In this document: in pieces, positions 1 through 13,308 of the stretch
Position numbering within the stretch: the first letter of the stretch is position 1
Layout: each line of letters opens with the position of its first letter
DNA from: Marsupella aquatica
Lineage: Eukaryota; Plantae; Marchantiophyta
Assembly: GCA_973895155.1 (NCBI GenBank)
Contig: OZ316896.1
Location: 11,212,795 to 11,276,794 of the forward strand
Direction: 5' to 3'
DNA length: 64,000 nt
The notes under the pieces: generated by a model
Database searches by the model: none
The model's input: only the letters and a program-made list of their open reading frames with translations
What the model was told of the DNA's origin: nothing
Position numbers and translations under genes: made by a program

Positions 1-254
1 ATGATACTGGGTTTGGATACTATAAGATGTAAAACCTTGTCCAAGAGCTGCATCCCTTTCTAAGTTTTGTGGAAGTTGCACGCATGGTCAATTGAAAAAA
101 CCTTCAATTTGAGGGTGTTCGAGCCTTGAAACCATCATATAATTGTTAGAAATTGACTTGAGCTCCACTTTCTAGTTAGTTTGGCCTTACTAGGTTTAGT
201 TAACCCTGAATTATATCAATACTAGCCCCATGCTCGTGCGTTGCACGAAAGACT

Positions 255-625
255 TCACGTGAGGGCAAGATGTCGAGGAGAGGGCAAGATGTCAAGGAGA
301 GGGCAAGATTTCAAGGAGAGGGCAAGATGTTGAGGTGAGGGCAAGATGTCCAGTAGAGGGCAAGATGTTGAGGTGAGGGCAAGATGTGAGATGATGGTAA
401 GATGTCGAGGTGAGGGCAAGATGTGAGATGATGGTAAGATGTCGAGGTGAGGGCAAGATGTGAGATGATGGTAAGATGTCAAGGTGAGGGCAAGATGTGA
501 GATGATGGTAAGATGTCGAGGTGAGGGCAAGATGTGAAGGTGATTGTAAGATGTCGAGGAGAGGGCAAGATGTCGAGGTGAGGGCAAGATGTCAAGGTGA
601 GGGTAAGATTTTGAGGCGAGGCAAA
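255..625. repeat. Minisatellite of ~19-20 bp units (gagggcaagatgtcgagg[a/t]) inside the Helitron
   Basis: Directly visible tandem array, alternating with a gatgatggtaagatgt variant. Confidence 0.9.
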
Positions 626-755
626 CATGGTTGTGCATTGCCAACATATAATTCAGGCAAAAAGTCAAACAGATTAATACAAAAGTGATACACTCTTTAT
701 TCAACGCGTTCAATAAAGAACCTCATCATATACAACATTTTTTGTCAACCTTGCT

Positions 756-1440
756 TCAGTTACCCTCCTCGGAATCCGAAAGGAAAACCTTGGTAGTTGT
801 AGAAGATGTTGCCCTTGAAAATGCCACACACAATTGTCCGTGACTAAATACAGGCTTTGAAAGTTGTAACCCTACATGTTCTAAAGTATGACCTTGAACC
901 TTGTTTATGGTCATTGCATATGCCACTTGAATGGGAATTTGGACCCTACATAATAAAAAAGGAAGTAATTTGCCAGATGTCAACGGAATCTGTGGGATAA
1001 ATGTAAGGGTCCTTGCATGCTTTCCTGCAAGAACTCGTGCCTCAATGACACGACGATTCATTGCTCTCACAATTAGCAGAGAACCGTTACACAACCCCAA
1101 AGAGTGATCTATAATCCAAAGTAAAATGATAGGGCATCCAACCTTCATTGTACCAACTTATGAGACAACAAACCACTCGACGTGAGTGTTTCAAGAACTC
1201 CGTAGGGTAGAAATTCTCCTCTTCGAACTGGTCCGGACGATCAACACTAAAAAACTCCCTAGATATCTGAGTCCTAAGATATCTGAGTCATTAATTTTTA
1301 GTGCCTCGTCATTTGTCAGCGCCAGGGTAGTTCTTTCACTTAAGAACCTGTCGTCCACAGGAGCAAGAGATGGGTAAATTCCATGAATCAATGATTCCAC
1401 ACATCCTCCATCCACCACCATAGACTCAAGGCAAGTAAAA
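756..1440 (-). pseudogene. Helitron RepHel PIF1-like helicase, C-terminal fragment (disrupted)
   Basis: Motifs KVGCPIILL..GLCNGS, FIPQI, AYAMTINKVQG, VFSHGQLCVAFSR in ORF 756-1148. LIHGIYP..FLSERTTLALTND..IND in the separate ORF 1191-1466. No Rep domain seen. Confidence 0.9.
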
Positions 1441-1614
1441 AGATTATTTGAAGGCGAGGCAGACAAACCAATGAACAGCCCTTAAAAGACGTCAAAAACT
1501 CCAACGGCCATGTATGACTCTCGCCCTCAGCTCATTTTGTAAATGGACAAAAGGCAAAAAAAGGCAGCATCGGTTATTATAGTGTTAGATAGCTCAATGC
1601 CCATGCCTTGCACA

Positions 1615-2100
1615 GAATATGTCAAGGTGAGAAAAAAAGAGGTTGAGGAGAGAAAAAGATGTCAAGGAGAAGACAATGTGTTGCGGTGAGATAAGATGTC
1701 AAGGAGAGAAAAATATTGAGGTGAGCAAAAGATGTCAAGGAGATGAAAAGATGTTGAGAAAAGAAAAGATGTCAAGGTGAACAAAAGATGTCAAGGAAAA
1801 GAAAAGATGTTGAGGTGAGCAAATGATGTGAAGGAGGGAAAAGATGTGAAGGTCAGCAAGCGATGTTGAGGAGAGGAAAAGATGCCAAGGAAAGGAAAAC
1901 ATGTCAAGGAGAGAAAACGATGTCCAAGTGAGAAATATATGTCAAAGTGAGGAAAAAACATGTCAAGGTGACAGAGGACAAAACATGTAAGGGAGAGAAA
2001 AGTCACCGAGATGAGAAAAAGATGTCAAGATGAGACAAAGACATCAAGGTGAAAGAAGATGTCATGGGAGGCAAAGATGACAAAGGTAAAATATGTAAGA
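1615..2100. repeat. Degenerate minisatellite with the same aagatgtcaagg core, inside the Helitron
   Basis: More than 20 degenerate ~20-bp units such as aaaagatgtcaaggaga. Confidence 0.8.
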
Positions 2101-4770
2101 TGCTAGTGTGTTGCATGATTGTTGTTGGGAGCATGTTTTTGTGACGGCCATGAAGTCATTGTAGCCATGTTGTTATTGCCAAAGTAATGGGGGTGAACAC
2201 AAAACAGGCTATAGTGACGGGGCCAGGCGCGGTTGCAAGGTGCGTGGATGGAGATTTTTTTCCCTGCCCTCGTGGCCTCCTGTCCCATCCTTTCCCGTAC
2301 TGTCCCTTCCCTCTCCTTTCTCTCCTCCCTCTCGAGCTCACCTGTCCTCGTATTATCATTGCAAAAAGTGTGTCACTCATTGAGAAAATGTTGTCAGTAT
2401 AGAAATCCATGCAATCAAACATTTCAGAGGTCAACAAACAAATAGGGGATGGAAGACACAAAAGGGTAGAGAGTCAAAGTTAGAGAAAGTGTTAGGCAAG
2501 CCCTAAGGTGAGAGCTAGGGCGGGACTAATATAGACATATGGCAAGTAGAGTGTTGACAACAAAGAAACCATGCAAGCCCCCTAATGGCTTCTCTCTCCC
2601 ATTGGTCCGATAATCTTCTCCCCCTCGTTTGGGGAATCCAATGGTCACCAAAAATGTCACATAAATTAGATGATCTTTATTTTATCACATCCTTAATTTC
2701 TCCCTTAACCTTTTTTTCTTTGTCTTTTTCCTTCCTCCTTGATTTTTCCTTTTCCTTCCCCACCCCCCGCATTACTTGGAGAGGGCTTCTGGTGCTGGAC
2801 AGGCCCGTGGAGTAGTTGGGTGCCAAGAGTTGAGGAGTCAGGGTGGGCAGAAGGAGAGCGGAAAGGGCGGAAGAAAGGCGGAACATATGTAGGGTGGGGT
2901 CAGATGGCCATGGAGTGAGTTATGGGCAGTCAGTGGGGTTTTGCCTTACATCTGGCTAGTGTGGAGAGGGCCGCAAATGGAAGCCAAGAGGGGGGAAGGA
3001 CATGAAAGAAATTCAAAAGCAAAATTTAATAGGATAATTAATCAATTGAGAGGTGGATTCAATCCTGATAAGAGATTGGCAAGTCTCAAGAGGGGCCAGG
3101 TAAATAATCGCCTTGCACCCCCATACATGCCACCACCAACCCAAAAATACTCACACCTTCTCACACACCTTAATTTACTTTCCTATTTTAAACACGTTGC
3201 CCCACCCTTCCCCCCAAGGAAAAAGAACAGCACCACACAACAACCCACAAAAATCACATAATGGTCTCTTCAATAATAAATATATAAGAACAAACTCCCA
3301 AAAGGTATCTCCCAATTTCCACCAAAAAATTAAAATGGAAAGAAATAAAAATCTTCTAAAAAAGACAAAAAACTATCAATAAATGAAAAATTTCCTGGTC
3401 TTCGTTCCCTCTCCTTGGGATTCTCTCAATAATGATTGAGTGGAGGTTGTAACTTGTACCTCTTTATACATTTACTTATGTACATTAAATTGTATGTAGA
3501 TATCATAATTCCTTATTCATGTATCTATACACATTTTATAAGTTATCTCAACTTTAGATAATCTGACGGTTCTCAAAAGTGGCATAGTAAATCTAAAGGT
3601 GGACATGAGTTCACACCAAAAAGCTAGTTTGTAAACGAATGATGACCTCTTTTGGCGGGATTCTATATTATAGATATAGATTTGTCATTAAACTCTTCTC
3701 ATGATACATGCAGCACTTCCTTTGCATGGATACATGGAGCACTTCCTTTCTCTTTTTGCAGTTCCTTTTTCTTTCACTTAAAAAGCCTCTCCAAATGTGA
3801 ATGACGACCACTTCAAAAAGTGGCCCAACTCTGTATTATAGTTTCTGATAAGTTTAGGCCCACACTTCTCAGTTCCCTTGGGGGGTATAGATTCTCTCCC
3901 TCATTCTTCACATGTATTTTCTCATGAGTTATGGATCATTCAAGCGTTTCTCCATCATAGTGTCTTGCTGGTGTAGTATGAGATTGAGTGCTCTCATTTC
4001 CGGCATTGTTGTCTAGTCAGGAACCAACGGTTTCTTACAACAATGGGGGGGGTCCATATTGTGAACCCTAAAGGTTACAATCATCGTCTTTCACTTCTTG
4101 ACTAGTGCAAATCAGTAGGCAAAATGAAATATATATTTTGAGACAAAAGATTTTAAATTAATATATTCTTTCGACAAATAACTTTACAAGGATTAAGAGT
4201 GTACAAATACTGCAGTAGGGAGTATGATTTCCATTGCATTCCCTGTTGAACTCCAGGGGTACCCCCTCGCCCCTGCATAGTAGCAATGCAAGGCATTCTC
4301 ATTGGCCTCAAGTCCAAAATTCATACATTTTAAATATACCTTGGAATACGGCATATTGGGGCCTTGGGGGTGTCAGAGGGAGTGATTATACTCCCTACCA
4401 GTGGCCATGGAACCCAGCCCTTATCCCTTGGCATTTGAGGGAGTTTTGAAGGGACAAATTGTTGAGGGCCAGCTACATGCAAGATAGCTCTTATCCAGGT
4501 TGCACTTATCCAGGTCTCACCTTAATTGACCTCTTTAGGTTACAGTTCCTTCCTCGTTGATATGGTTGCAATCCTCTGCTGTTGCGCTAGAATGATGCAA
4601 AGCACGACGAAATCTCGAAACCTTACACAGAACAGGGGAGCGCCTCGAAGATCGATGACATCTCCAATTGGATTAAGCTCGAGGAGATTGTAGGCCGTGT
4701 GGCTGCGAACTGATGTGAACTGAATTGAACTGAATCGATAGACATTGTCGACGCCCTATGGTGTGATGTG

Positions 4771-7700
4771 ATGATGATGAATGGTGCCGATCTTCTCGTC
4801 CGGACGCTGCAGAGGGATCTGAACTGCTTGTCTGATCCTGATCGGAGCACGAGGAGGAGAGCGCTTGAGAGATTGCCGAAGCGATTGCTTTCTGGCGAGC
4901 CGACCGGCGAGGCTGCTGGTGCAGGAGCACCGTCCCCGGACGTACTCCAGGTGACACTTTCTGCGCCTGCTCTTCATATTTGTGCCGCCAGCAGTTGGGA
5001 TGTTAAGATGCTACTCAGTTTTGTCTAGTGCACCAATTTGGAAGCCTTTCATGGCCGGAAATTGAGAGACTGAGCGGGCATGAGTTTTGTTAGTGATCGC
5101 TGCCGCGCGTTCTTGTCAATTTCGTCGTAACAATGGATGTGACGACTGGTTGGCACATGATGTTAGGAACCTCTTCGAGCGAAATTTGGGATTTATATTT
5201 GTGGAGCCATAGTCGAAATGAACAAGCAGCATACGCAAATTTGGCACGTCTTTTCTGACTCACACGTAATTTGGAATCATGTTTTCTGCCAACAGGCAGC
5301 CTGGGACGATTCTATACTGCGGCTAGTCGTACGGTCATTAAGTGATCCGGTAGAGAAATGCCGGGAGCTTGGCATCCAGATGATCAGCTCCGTGGCCAAA
5401 AAGTTACCCCGGGTAGGTCACATGCAGTCCTCCGAATGGTTTGTACTTTCTGAAAAATTGCACTTGAGATTTATGCACATTTTGAATTATTTTCATGGCT
5501 GCGGGTCTCTCCCTGGAGAAGTCTTCAAATTCGTCATGCATTGTGTCTGAGATGTATTGTAGGTGGCCTGATGGAAACTAAACGAGCTCTTTCCTGGGGG
5601 ACTTCTTATGCTTCCTTCCTGCCAGGGCTAAGACTCCTAAGAGTGCCTGCTGAAGTCAACCTGACTACGTTTTTTGGTTTCATCGCTAAAATTTGCAGGT
5701 GGAGCAAACAGTGCTACATACAGTCCCGGTCATAGCTGAGAGAATTGGTACGACCCCTGAAACGTTCAAACATAAATCGTATATCTTTGTCGAATTGGTG
5801 GACATCTACTCCGTTGCAGTTAGTCCCCGTTGTTGTTCACACGGAGAAGAAGATATATCTGAGTTGAAATTTAGAAAAACGCATGGGTAGCTCGTGTTTT
5901 AATTTCTTCTTCTTTTTTCTCTGATTACAGGGCAAAACCCTGTGCTTGAGGAATCAGAAGAAATCCGCTTTCAGCTAGTGAATCTCATAGCAAAAGATTT
6001 ACTTCCTGGTTGCCCTGCCAGTGTCTGTTTCGACACCAGAGATCAATTCTACCTGGTATGAAAAAAGTCTGAGCGAAGCAGAAAGCTTTTGAAGTTGTGT
6101 TTGGCGGGATAAATTTTCCCTTCTGGTTTACTGAAGGCTAACGGGTTATGAGGACTTTCATCTTAAATTCATACGGCTTTGGACTTTGGGTGCAGGTAGT
6201 TATGTCAGCCATTGCCGATCAGTTTCATGAAATTAAGAAAGCAGCGTGCCAAATCATTGTACAAATTGGTGAATGTGCTCCTAACGCTCTGGAAGACAAG
6301 ACTGAGCCCCTACTCAAGGCTTTATTGCCCAACATGAACCACAGTCATTTCCGCGTGAGCTTTTTACCTTGCTGAGCATTATTTCTGGGAGAAAATGTTG
6401 ATGCCCTATTCGATTGCGTGCGTGAAATCTGTTGTTTCCTTTTTGTAATTATCTTCATGTGTTTCCATGTGGTATTAATCACGAACTCCTTGTATCTGAA
6501 GATTTAGGGCTTTGGGTCAGGTTACGAGTCCTATCGTAACTGATAAAATCAACAAATTGGCTCTCTTCAGGTTCGTATGGCAGTACTGCAAGCTGTTGAT
6601 GCGCTTGTGCTTGTGGGGCTACCGCCAGGTGTAGCGTCGGAGCAACTGGCACCCGGTGTCAAACCCTTGGCTTTTGATCGCTCAACAGGTCTACGAGCGG
6701 TATGTTTCTTTATAACCTTGCTTGTCTAAAGAGTTCTCCTTACTTGTCTGAAGAGGTTTTGTCTTCATCAGTTCAATATCTCTTTCCATCCTACACCTGA
6801 TGCAATTGAAATTTAAAGCCTGTCTTAGCGTCATCACAACAGAGAGGTCGTGAAGAAAGTTCTGCACTACCTTGTGTGGACGGCTTATCGCATTTTACGG
6901 ACAAGGATGTGTAAAGACCCAGTCATGTACCAACGGAGTCCGGTTGAGATTGCTTGGACAATAACACTCCGTCAAAATCTCCATTTTAGTCTTTTGAAAC
7001 GTGCGCGTGACATCCTTGCAGCTATTTTTCACCTGCGTCGCACGATGGCTTGGGTGGGAGGAGAAGGATGTCAAAGGCAGTTACACATCTGTTTTCCAAG
7101 AGAGAGATCCGAGGGTTCACATTCCACAGCTGCTACCATTGTTATTGCTGGGAGTCACAGATGAGTCAACAGAGGTGGCTGCAAACTCTCTTGCCTTGGT
7201 TGAAGGAGTGGGATTCGTATATGAACGGTACATGTCCGTTTTGGATCCTTCAGTGGACAAGGTTGGTCCGTTGCACCATTTGGTCACCTAAGTTCCTTTG
7301 TGCTAGTGTCAAAATGAAGCATTTCATAAGGTTTGTGCCCCAAGTAAACTTTGTATCTGGCTCGCAGACAATGGTTGATGCAGTGGAGGAGATGACTCTG
7401 GATGGTTCCAGGTCTGACCAAGATGACTTCATTAAGAATCGAATTGACGATAAGGAGGTTAATGGAAACGCTGGCTTCTACGCAGAATTCAATTTACCTG
7501 CTCCATATAAAGGAAGACCTTCAATTGGATGTCGCAAATTGGTGCAGGTAAGTATCGAAGATCCTCAGCAATCTTTTTCTCTTGAGAGGGCACTTTGGAA
7601 GGTGGCTACTGCTAGCACACAATCACCGGGTATGTGGGCAACTCTATCGTTGCAATCTGTGAGGTGAATGCGATTCAATGCGGTTTAGCCTTAATTAAAA

Positions 7701-10700
7701 TCGCTCCAACCAATAGCGCCCTTTGAGTCGTAGGTTCGATAGTTACTAGTGTTTAAAGTTGGAGTCACAGTAGAAAACTAATTGGTATATTTCTGACCTT
7801 ATTGAATGATCTGTCAGGCATTTCTAGGCAAGCTCCTCAAGCCAACAATGAAGGATTTACTTGGATGGACGATTGTGGTTCGTCTCGGAGCTGCTCGACT
7901 TGCTCACACTCTGTTGGTGCGTATCGTCAACACGTGGCACGTACTTGTTCAACACTTAGGAAAGGAGTTTTAGATTGTGTTTATTCAAACAAATCTATTA
8001 ATCATTGAGAACATGCAAAATGAACCATGTAAAAGTGGACAGTCCCACACAACTGGGCTCCTCGGTGTGGAAACCGCGTCGTTTTTGTTCTTTCTTTTGA
8101 GGAGTTTGTAGTAAGAGAGACATTAACCTTGAATATCTCTTGTATGGCTTTCTATTCAATTGGATGTATTAAACTTATCCTATGCGGCCTTTCGTTTTTC
8201 GGTCAACATCTTTAGTTTTTTCAGATACAGTGGTCATCGTCACTCTTAAAGAGCACATCAAATTTGAAAGTCATTAAATACTTTGAAGGTGTGGGTCCCT
8301 TTAGTTAAATCGGCTCTTCAAGGCCAAACAGTTCAAACTGAAAATATAAGTTCCAATGTACGGATTGCAGATCTTCGCTGAGGAGCAAGCTGTCGAGTAC
8401 TTGGATATTCTGATCCCGGCAGTTATTAGGTCAGTGGTTGAGTTCTTAATTATTTTCCTCTGGATACGATGCACATCATCAAGTCTGTCTTTAGACATCT
8501 TTCCCTTCTAACCAGACCTTGTGGACTTGAATTGTATGGAATATTTGGCTTCTTCTCATCTTTACTGTGATCTTAATAAAAACCTATTTTAGTGGGCTTG
8601 TTTGAGCCTTGTGGATGCAGTGCAGTTGGTGATGATGAAGTGGCGGTCGCACAACAGATTATGTTGGCAGTTCATGTGCTTGGTTTTCACACTAAGGCTG
8701 AATACTGGCTACCTCTTGTTTTAAACATTGTGACTACCCATGGAACTACCGATGCACAGGTACCCCTTTCATTACTCTAGTTCTCTCTGGCATCAAATAG
8801 TAGTGAAGATGGATAAGGATTCCACAAGAGATTGATCATCGTTTCATGGTTTGATTTTGCCAAATGGATTGAAGAATGATTTAAATAGCACTTGAATGTT
8901 GTGCACTGCATTGGCGAGGGTTTGGCTACAGATTTGTGCTTTCCTTGCCGCACCGCTTATTGTGGCCTTGTACTAAAAAATACTGTACCCTAGACTCTAC
9001 TGGAGCTCTATTGAGCTTCTTTTTCGGTAATAATGGGTTGGCAAATGCTCTAGACTTTGCAAAAAGAAATCAGCCCATTTTGGCGATTCCTAAAACCTTC
9101 CGTGTTGATTACAGAGAGCCAATGGACTGGTCGTAGTGGCTGGTTTACTCTATGGAACCCCAAAGCGCAGAATCCAGGAGAACCTGGTCATGCAGGTGAG
9201 AGGCCAGACCTCTGTCGTGACGTTTGTGGCCCATTCACTTTTCCACAGTATGGATTGATAGTCCTTACATCCTCTCATCCGAGCGTTGCAAATATATCAT
9301 GAGATTTATGAAATGCAGACAAAAGTATTTTTTTTTTAGTAGTTCAGACGAAGGAGCATTCTTGAGAACAAAGCTTGCTGATATTCTCGTTTCTATTGTA
9401 GTTGAATTATGGACTTGCAGAAGAAATTGTCCGATGTAGTGACCATCCTGCTGTACGACGCCAGGTAGGTTAAGGAATTGGCTACGGGAAATTGTTCGAT
9501 TGTATGAATTGTTCCTTGTAATGATTTCTGGGATTGAACTTTTCTTGCCAAAATCTGCTTAGAGAGGACGTATTGTCTGAGTAAGTAGTTATTGGTCTAC
9601 ATTTCCCTCGATAATTTACATTGGACTTATTTTGTGTTGCAGCTTCTGTTGGTGCTGAGTAATCTTCTGGGTGTGGCTGAAGAGCTTTGTGATTCGTCTT
9701 CTCTCAAAATGTTCCTCACTTTGATTCAGGCAAGAGAAAACTCATTTCGCTATCTCATGTGTTGTTTGAGAAGAATAGTGTTCTCGAGACAGACTCAATT
9801 AGGAGCAACCTTTAAATTTGATGTGTAATGAAGCCAAAATTCTCCACTTGAGAATGAAATGGGGTCTCGAACTGGAGTTAGCATGGTGCCTAAGATTGCC
9901 ACAAATCTTCGCTCATGAAGTTTGCTGTCGCTTCTGTATCACTCATCGCAAGAATGTGTCACCCACATATTAGAACTTAGAAAAATGCACCTCTAGCTTC
10001 ATCGGATAGATCTATGACGAGGGGTTCGCTGCGTTTAGCTTCTCTTAACTCTAAGTGCAACCAAATTGGTCTAAAGTGGAGAATTTGGTTTTGTTACTCG
10101 TAAAATGCAGACGTGAAACCTCCAGCTTTAGGAAGGAATTTTAGTAGAAGAGGACTTGGTGATGCTTAGGAAGTTAGGGATAAATTTGTTTTTGTGGTTA
10201 GAAGCAAAGGTCACGTCATAAGCTTACACCTTAAAGAAGGATTCCTCCTTCTTCGGGATGGGAAGGGGAATTTCCCATAAGTTGGAAGAGTTGTTTTAGC
10301 ATGGGCGAGGCATATGTATTTTATTGTGAGTAGTGCAGATATTGTCGTCCTCCTCGTGACTCACTTTCCTGAGTTTCTTTTCAAGGACCCAGCTTGATGA
10401 ATCCCTATCATTCTGTGCCAGCTTCAATCTGCAGAAGGAGATCAGGAATTGCAGGAAGGAGCCCACCAACTTGCTGATGCTTTAGCAAAAGTAATAGGAT
10501 TAACTTCAGAGAAAGATCTCTATCAAAGACATGTAGATTCTTTGATTCCGTTGGTCACTGCTGGACATGAGGATTGGTCAGGGGCCTCACCAGTGAAGTC
10601 ACTATTTCAGACCTTTATGAAAAACTCTGGCAATGCTGTAAGTGATCCTCTTATCCCTTTTTCTGATCTTAATAATCATCAGTGTGAAGAATTCTTCTTC

Positions 10701-13308
10701 TGGACATGAGGAGACGTTCACTATGCGAATGTTCTTGTTTTCGGTGTCATTTCATGGCGTTTGTCTTTCCAGGGTGGCAATGAATATCGACGTAGGCCTT
10801 GGGGAGTCTACATGACACGAGCTCACGTCTTAACGTTTCCTTAATGGTTTGAGTGTCCCATATGGTACAGGTTGGCCCCTATTTACAAATGATAGTGAAT
10901 ATGTTTGGCGATTGCTTGCATGAAGGACGAGATCCTGCTTTACGAATCAGTTTGTTGCAGGTCAGTCCTGAACTGAGAGCTTTGAGCTTCGCCCTTTAAG
11001 ACCCATACACGTCATCTCTGAGCGTACTTGGAGCTATACTTGCGGTCGAAATATTAAGAAGAGCAGTTTTCAAGTTTTTAGGAGTCAGGATTCCTTGTGC
11101 TCCCTTATGCTCTTAGAAATTTTTCAGATGTGCAAGTTGAGAACATGGATGATGTATTATGTCAGTCTTCATAGCCCCATTGCTCTTACAAATGTATGTC
11201 CGCCAAAAGAGTTTTGTTACAATTCTGTACTTATGTCAGTTCTTTTGTAATAGCTGCTGGATGATCTCTTGGAGAACGAACAACTCGGGCCTTGGTGGGC
11301 ACCACTTGCGGAGCAGATCATCCTGGGAATACTAATTCCATGCGGTGTATGGAGAATAGGAAAGGTAGGAACCCAATGCTAAGTCTTTGTGTATTCTCTT
11401 CGATTGGTTTAGTCTCAGGACTATTTGGACCTGTTTTGTTGTGGTTTAAGGTCATAAAATAGGTCATAAATATGGTCCATGTAAACCTGTCTTCATTACG
11501 AGCTCCTCAATTCTTGTTCCCATCATTGTGCAGGTTGGAGCCGCAATCCGACACAAGTCAATGGTGGCTTTGGGAACTTTCTTAAGAAGAGACCTCTGCA
11601 GCCAGGTTGGGAAAGAACTTTTGAAGCTTGAAAAATGTTTATTAAGGTCGTGAGAAAGCTAGGTGTCAATGTTATGTCTTCTCTCATCGATAATTGAAAG
11701 CTAGGTGTCAATGTTACGTCTTCTCCTATCGATAATTGTGAATGAAATCTGATGTCCTAAGAATCGGGCACAGGATCATTTTCAAATTACAGTCAAATTT
11801 GTCCCCAAGCCAGCTAGAACAAGCGAGTAAAGACATTGTTTTTTCTAAAGTTGGGTCAATTCGGACATGAGATCATACTGTGGGAGGAATATTCCTTACA
11901 ATTTAATTTGCAGGTTTCTTATTTTGTCAGTAGTGTAAGCACGACGTGCCCAAGTTAAATCATCGTTCGTAAGCAGTACACGAGGAATTTCGCATATATT
12001 CATTTGATGATACCTGACTATGAACAGGGTCAATTGCTGGAGTATTTGAAATCCGAGAAAGGAATGCTAGGGGTGATTATTTCCTGTCTTGATGAGGATT
12101 ACTATGTTGATACGCGGCGGGTCACATGTCATGTCATGCACCATCTTATCCGCATTGCTGGAGTTGTGTTGGAAGGTAACTAGTGCTAGCCACTTAAATG
12201 AGCCATTCATGCAAAATTGCCATTGAGAAAGAGCTTTATTTTAGTGAACGATCGAAGAATTAAATATCTCGAAATGTACGTGAAACATCCCGCCATATCG
12301 TGAAACCTAGTGTCTTTGTTTTCATGAGTGTTCTGTAACGTACGAGGCCAAACTAAGAGTTGAGGTGATATTGATTGAAATGGTGCCTAGCTTCGATGCC
12401 GTACAGTATGCCACTGTAAAGCTTACTTGGAGCCAGTAGAACAAGAACGTTTCTTTAGATCATGCGATTGTGCTCTTTCTGTACGTCAATTAGCAACGCA
12501 GAGTTTCCCTTTGAGATCTATGTCTTTAACCTGGTTGGTTCCTTACAGATGCTCAGAGAAGCGCGGTGAGCACGGAGCTTCAAAAACGCATGGAAGATAG
12601 CAGCGATGCTGTTCGTATTGGAATTTTGCCTGCTATAGCTACCTTTTTTGAAACAATGCCAGCATCTTACAGTGACGAAGCAGTAAGTGCTTGTCATTAC
12701 GGGTTCTAGTATTCAGCTGTTGTTTACTGCCTTTAAATTGCATGAAGACGTTTGAGTACGTATGTGACTGAAAGATGTGCTTTTAAGATTGGTTGTCCTA
12801 GCGTCACAGATGAAGAAGTTGCTTGACAAGGGGCTGGTGAAGGGGCTGACGAGGTGTACCAATTTCATTCTTTGACAGGTCAAAACTTTTCTGAACAATC
12901 TGATTGTACATATGGATGATGCAAATCACCAAATTCAGGTAAGGACTCAGTACTTGCTCAAATAGAATGGCCTCTGTGGACGGAAATTGGTCAGTGTATT
13001 TCTAATCTGATGACAAGTCAGGCTGGGAGCATCTACATTGCAGCTCTGGCTGATTTCTTTTCTTAACCGTACGTTTCAACATTGAATTTCAATAACGTAT
13101 CACATGCTTGAGCTGTCTTAATGAGTTGTTGCAACGCTCTGACTTTCAATGTGACCATGGATGTACATGTTTGCAGGACGCTGTCTGCATGGCGATCGAG
13201 TCCTGTGTAGTGCAAAGACCCAAGGTTGTACTCGAAGTAGCTACAATCTTTAGAAGTCGTCATCGCAGCACTTCTCGCTGCGACCACTTAATTGCTTTAG
13301 CAACGTGA
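4771..13308 (+). CDS. DNAAF5: Dynein axonemal assembly factor 5 (HEAT-repeat protein 2), ~889 aa, 22 exons
   Basis: Hand-assembled exons: 4771-4950, 5296-5412, 5699-5747, 5931-6055, 6196-6354, 6571-6699, 7022-7261, 7368-7547, 7818-7916, 8371-8429, 8621-8759, 9115-9195, 9402-9464, 9643-9729, 10422-10637, 10871-10960, 11254-11364, 11534-11605, 12028-12175, 12549-12682, 12879-12938, 13177-13308. Total 2670 nt, in frame. Motifs LQRDLNCLSDPDRSTRRRALE, SDPVEKCRE, ESEEIR, RPSIGCR, CGVWRIGKVGAAIR and LIVHMDD match recalled DNAAF5/HEATR2 sequences. Confidence 0.85.
9825..10097. mobile_element. MITE-like insertion in DNAAF5 intron 14
   Basis: Imperfect ~27-bp inverted ends: gtaatgaagccaaaattctccacttgag / ctaaagtggagaatttggttttgttac. 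No clear TSD. Confidence 0.5.
11654..11737. repeat. 42-bp tandem duplication in DNAAF5 intron 18
   Basis: gaaagctaggtgtcaatgtta(t/c)gtcttct...atcgataatt occurs twice. Confidence 0.8.

Larger units (their letters stand above)
222..3680 (-). mobile_element. Non-autonomous (internally deleted) Helitron with both termini
   Basis: On the minus strand the 5' end reads TCTATATCTATAATATAG from 3680. The 3' end has a hairpin (tcgtgc-gtt-gcacga, 234-248) followed by CTAG (222-225). The element sits between A and T with no TSD and contains a PIF1-type helicase remnant. Confidence 0.9.

Noticed and set aside
255-713. 152-aa ORF with HLDILPSP repeats
   Set aside because: It is simply the translation of the Helitron minisatellite.
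7050-7667. 205-aa ORF as a separate gene
   Set aside because: It is an off-frame read of DNAAF5 exon 7 running through an intron into exon 8.
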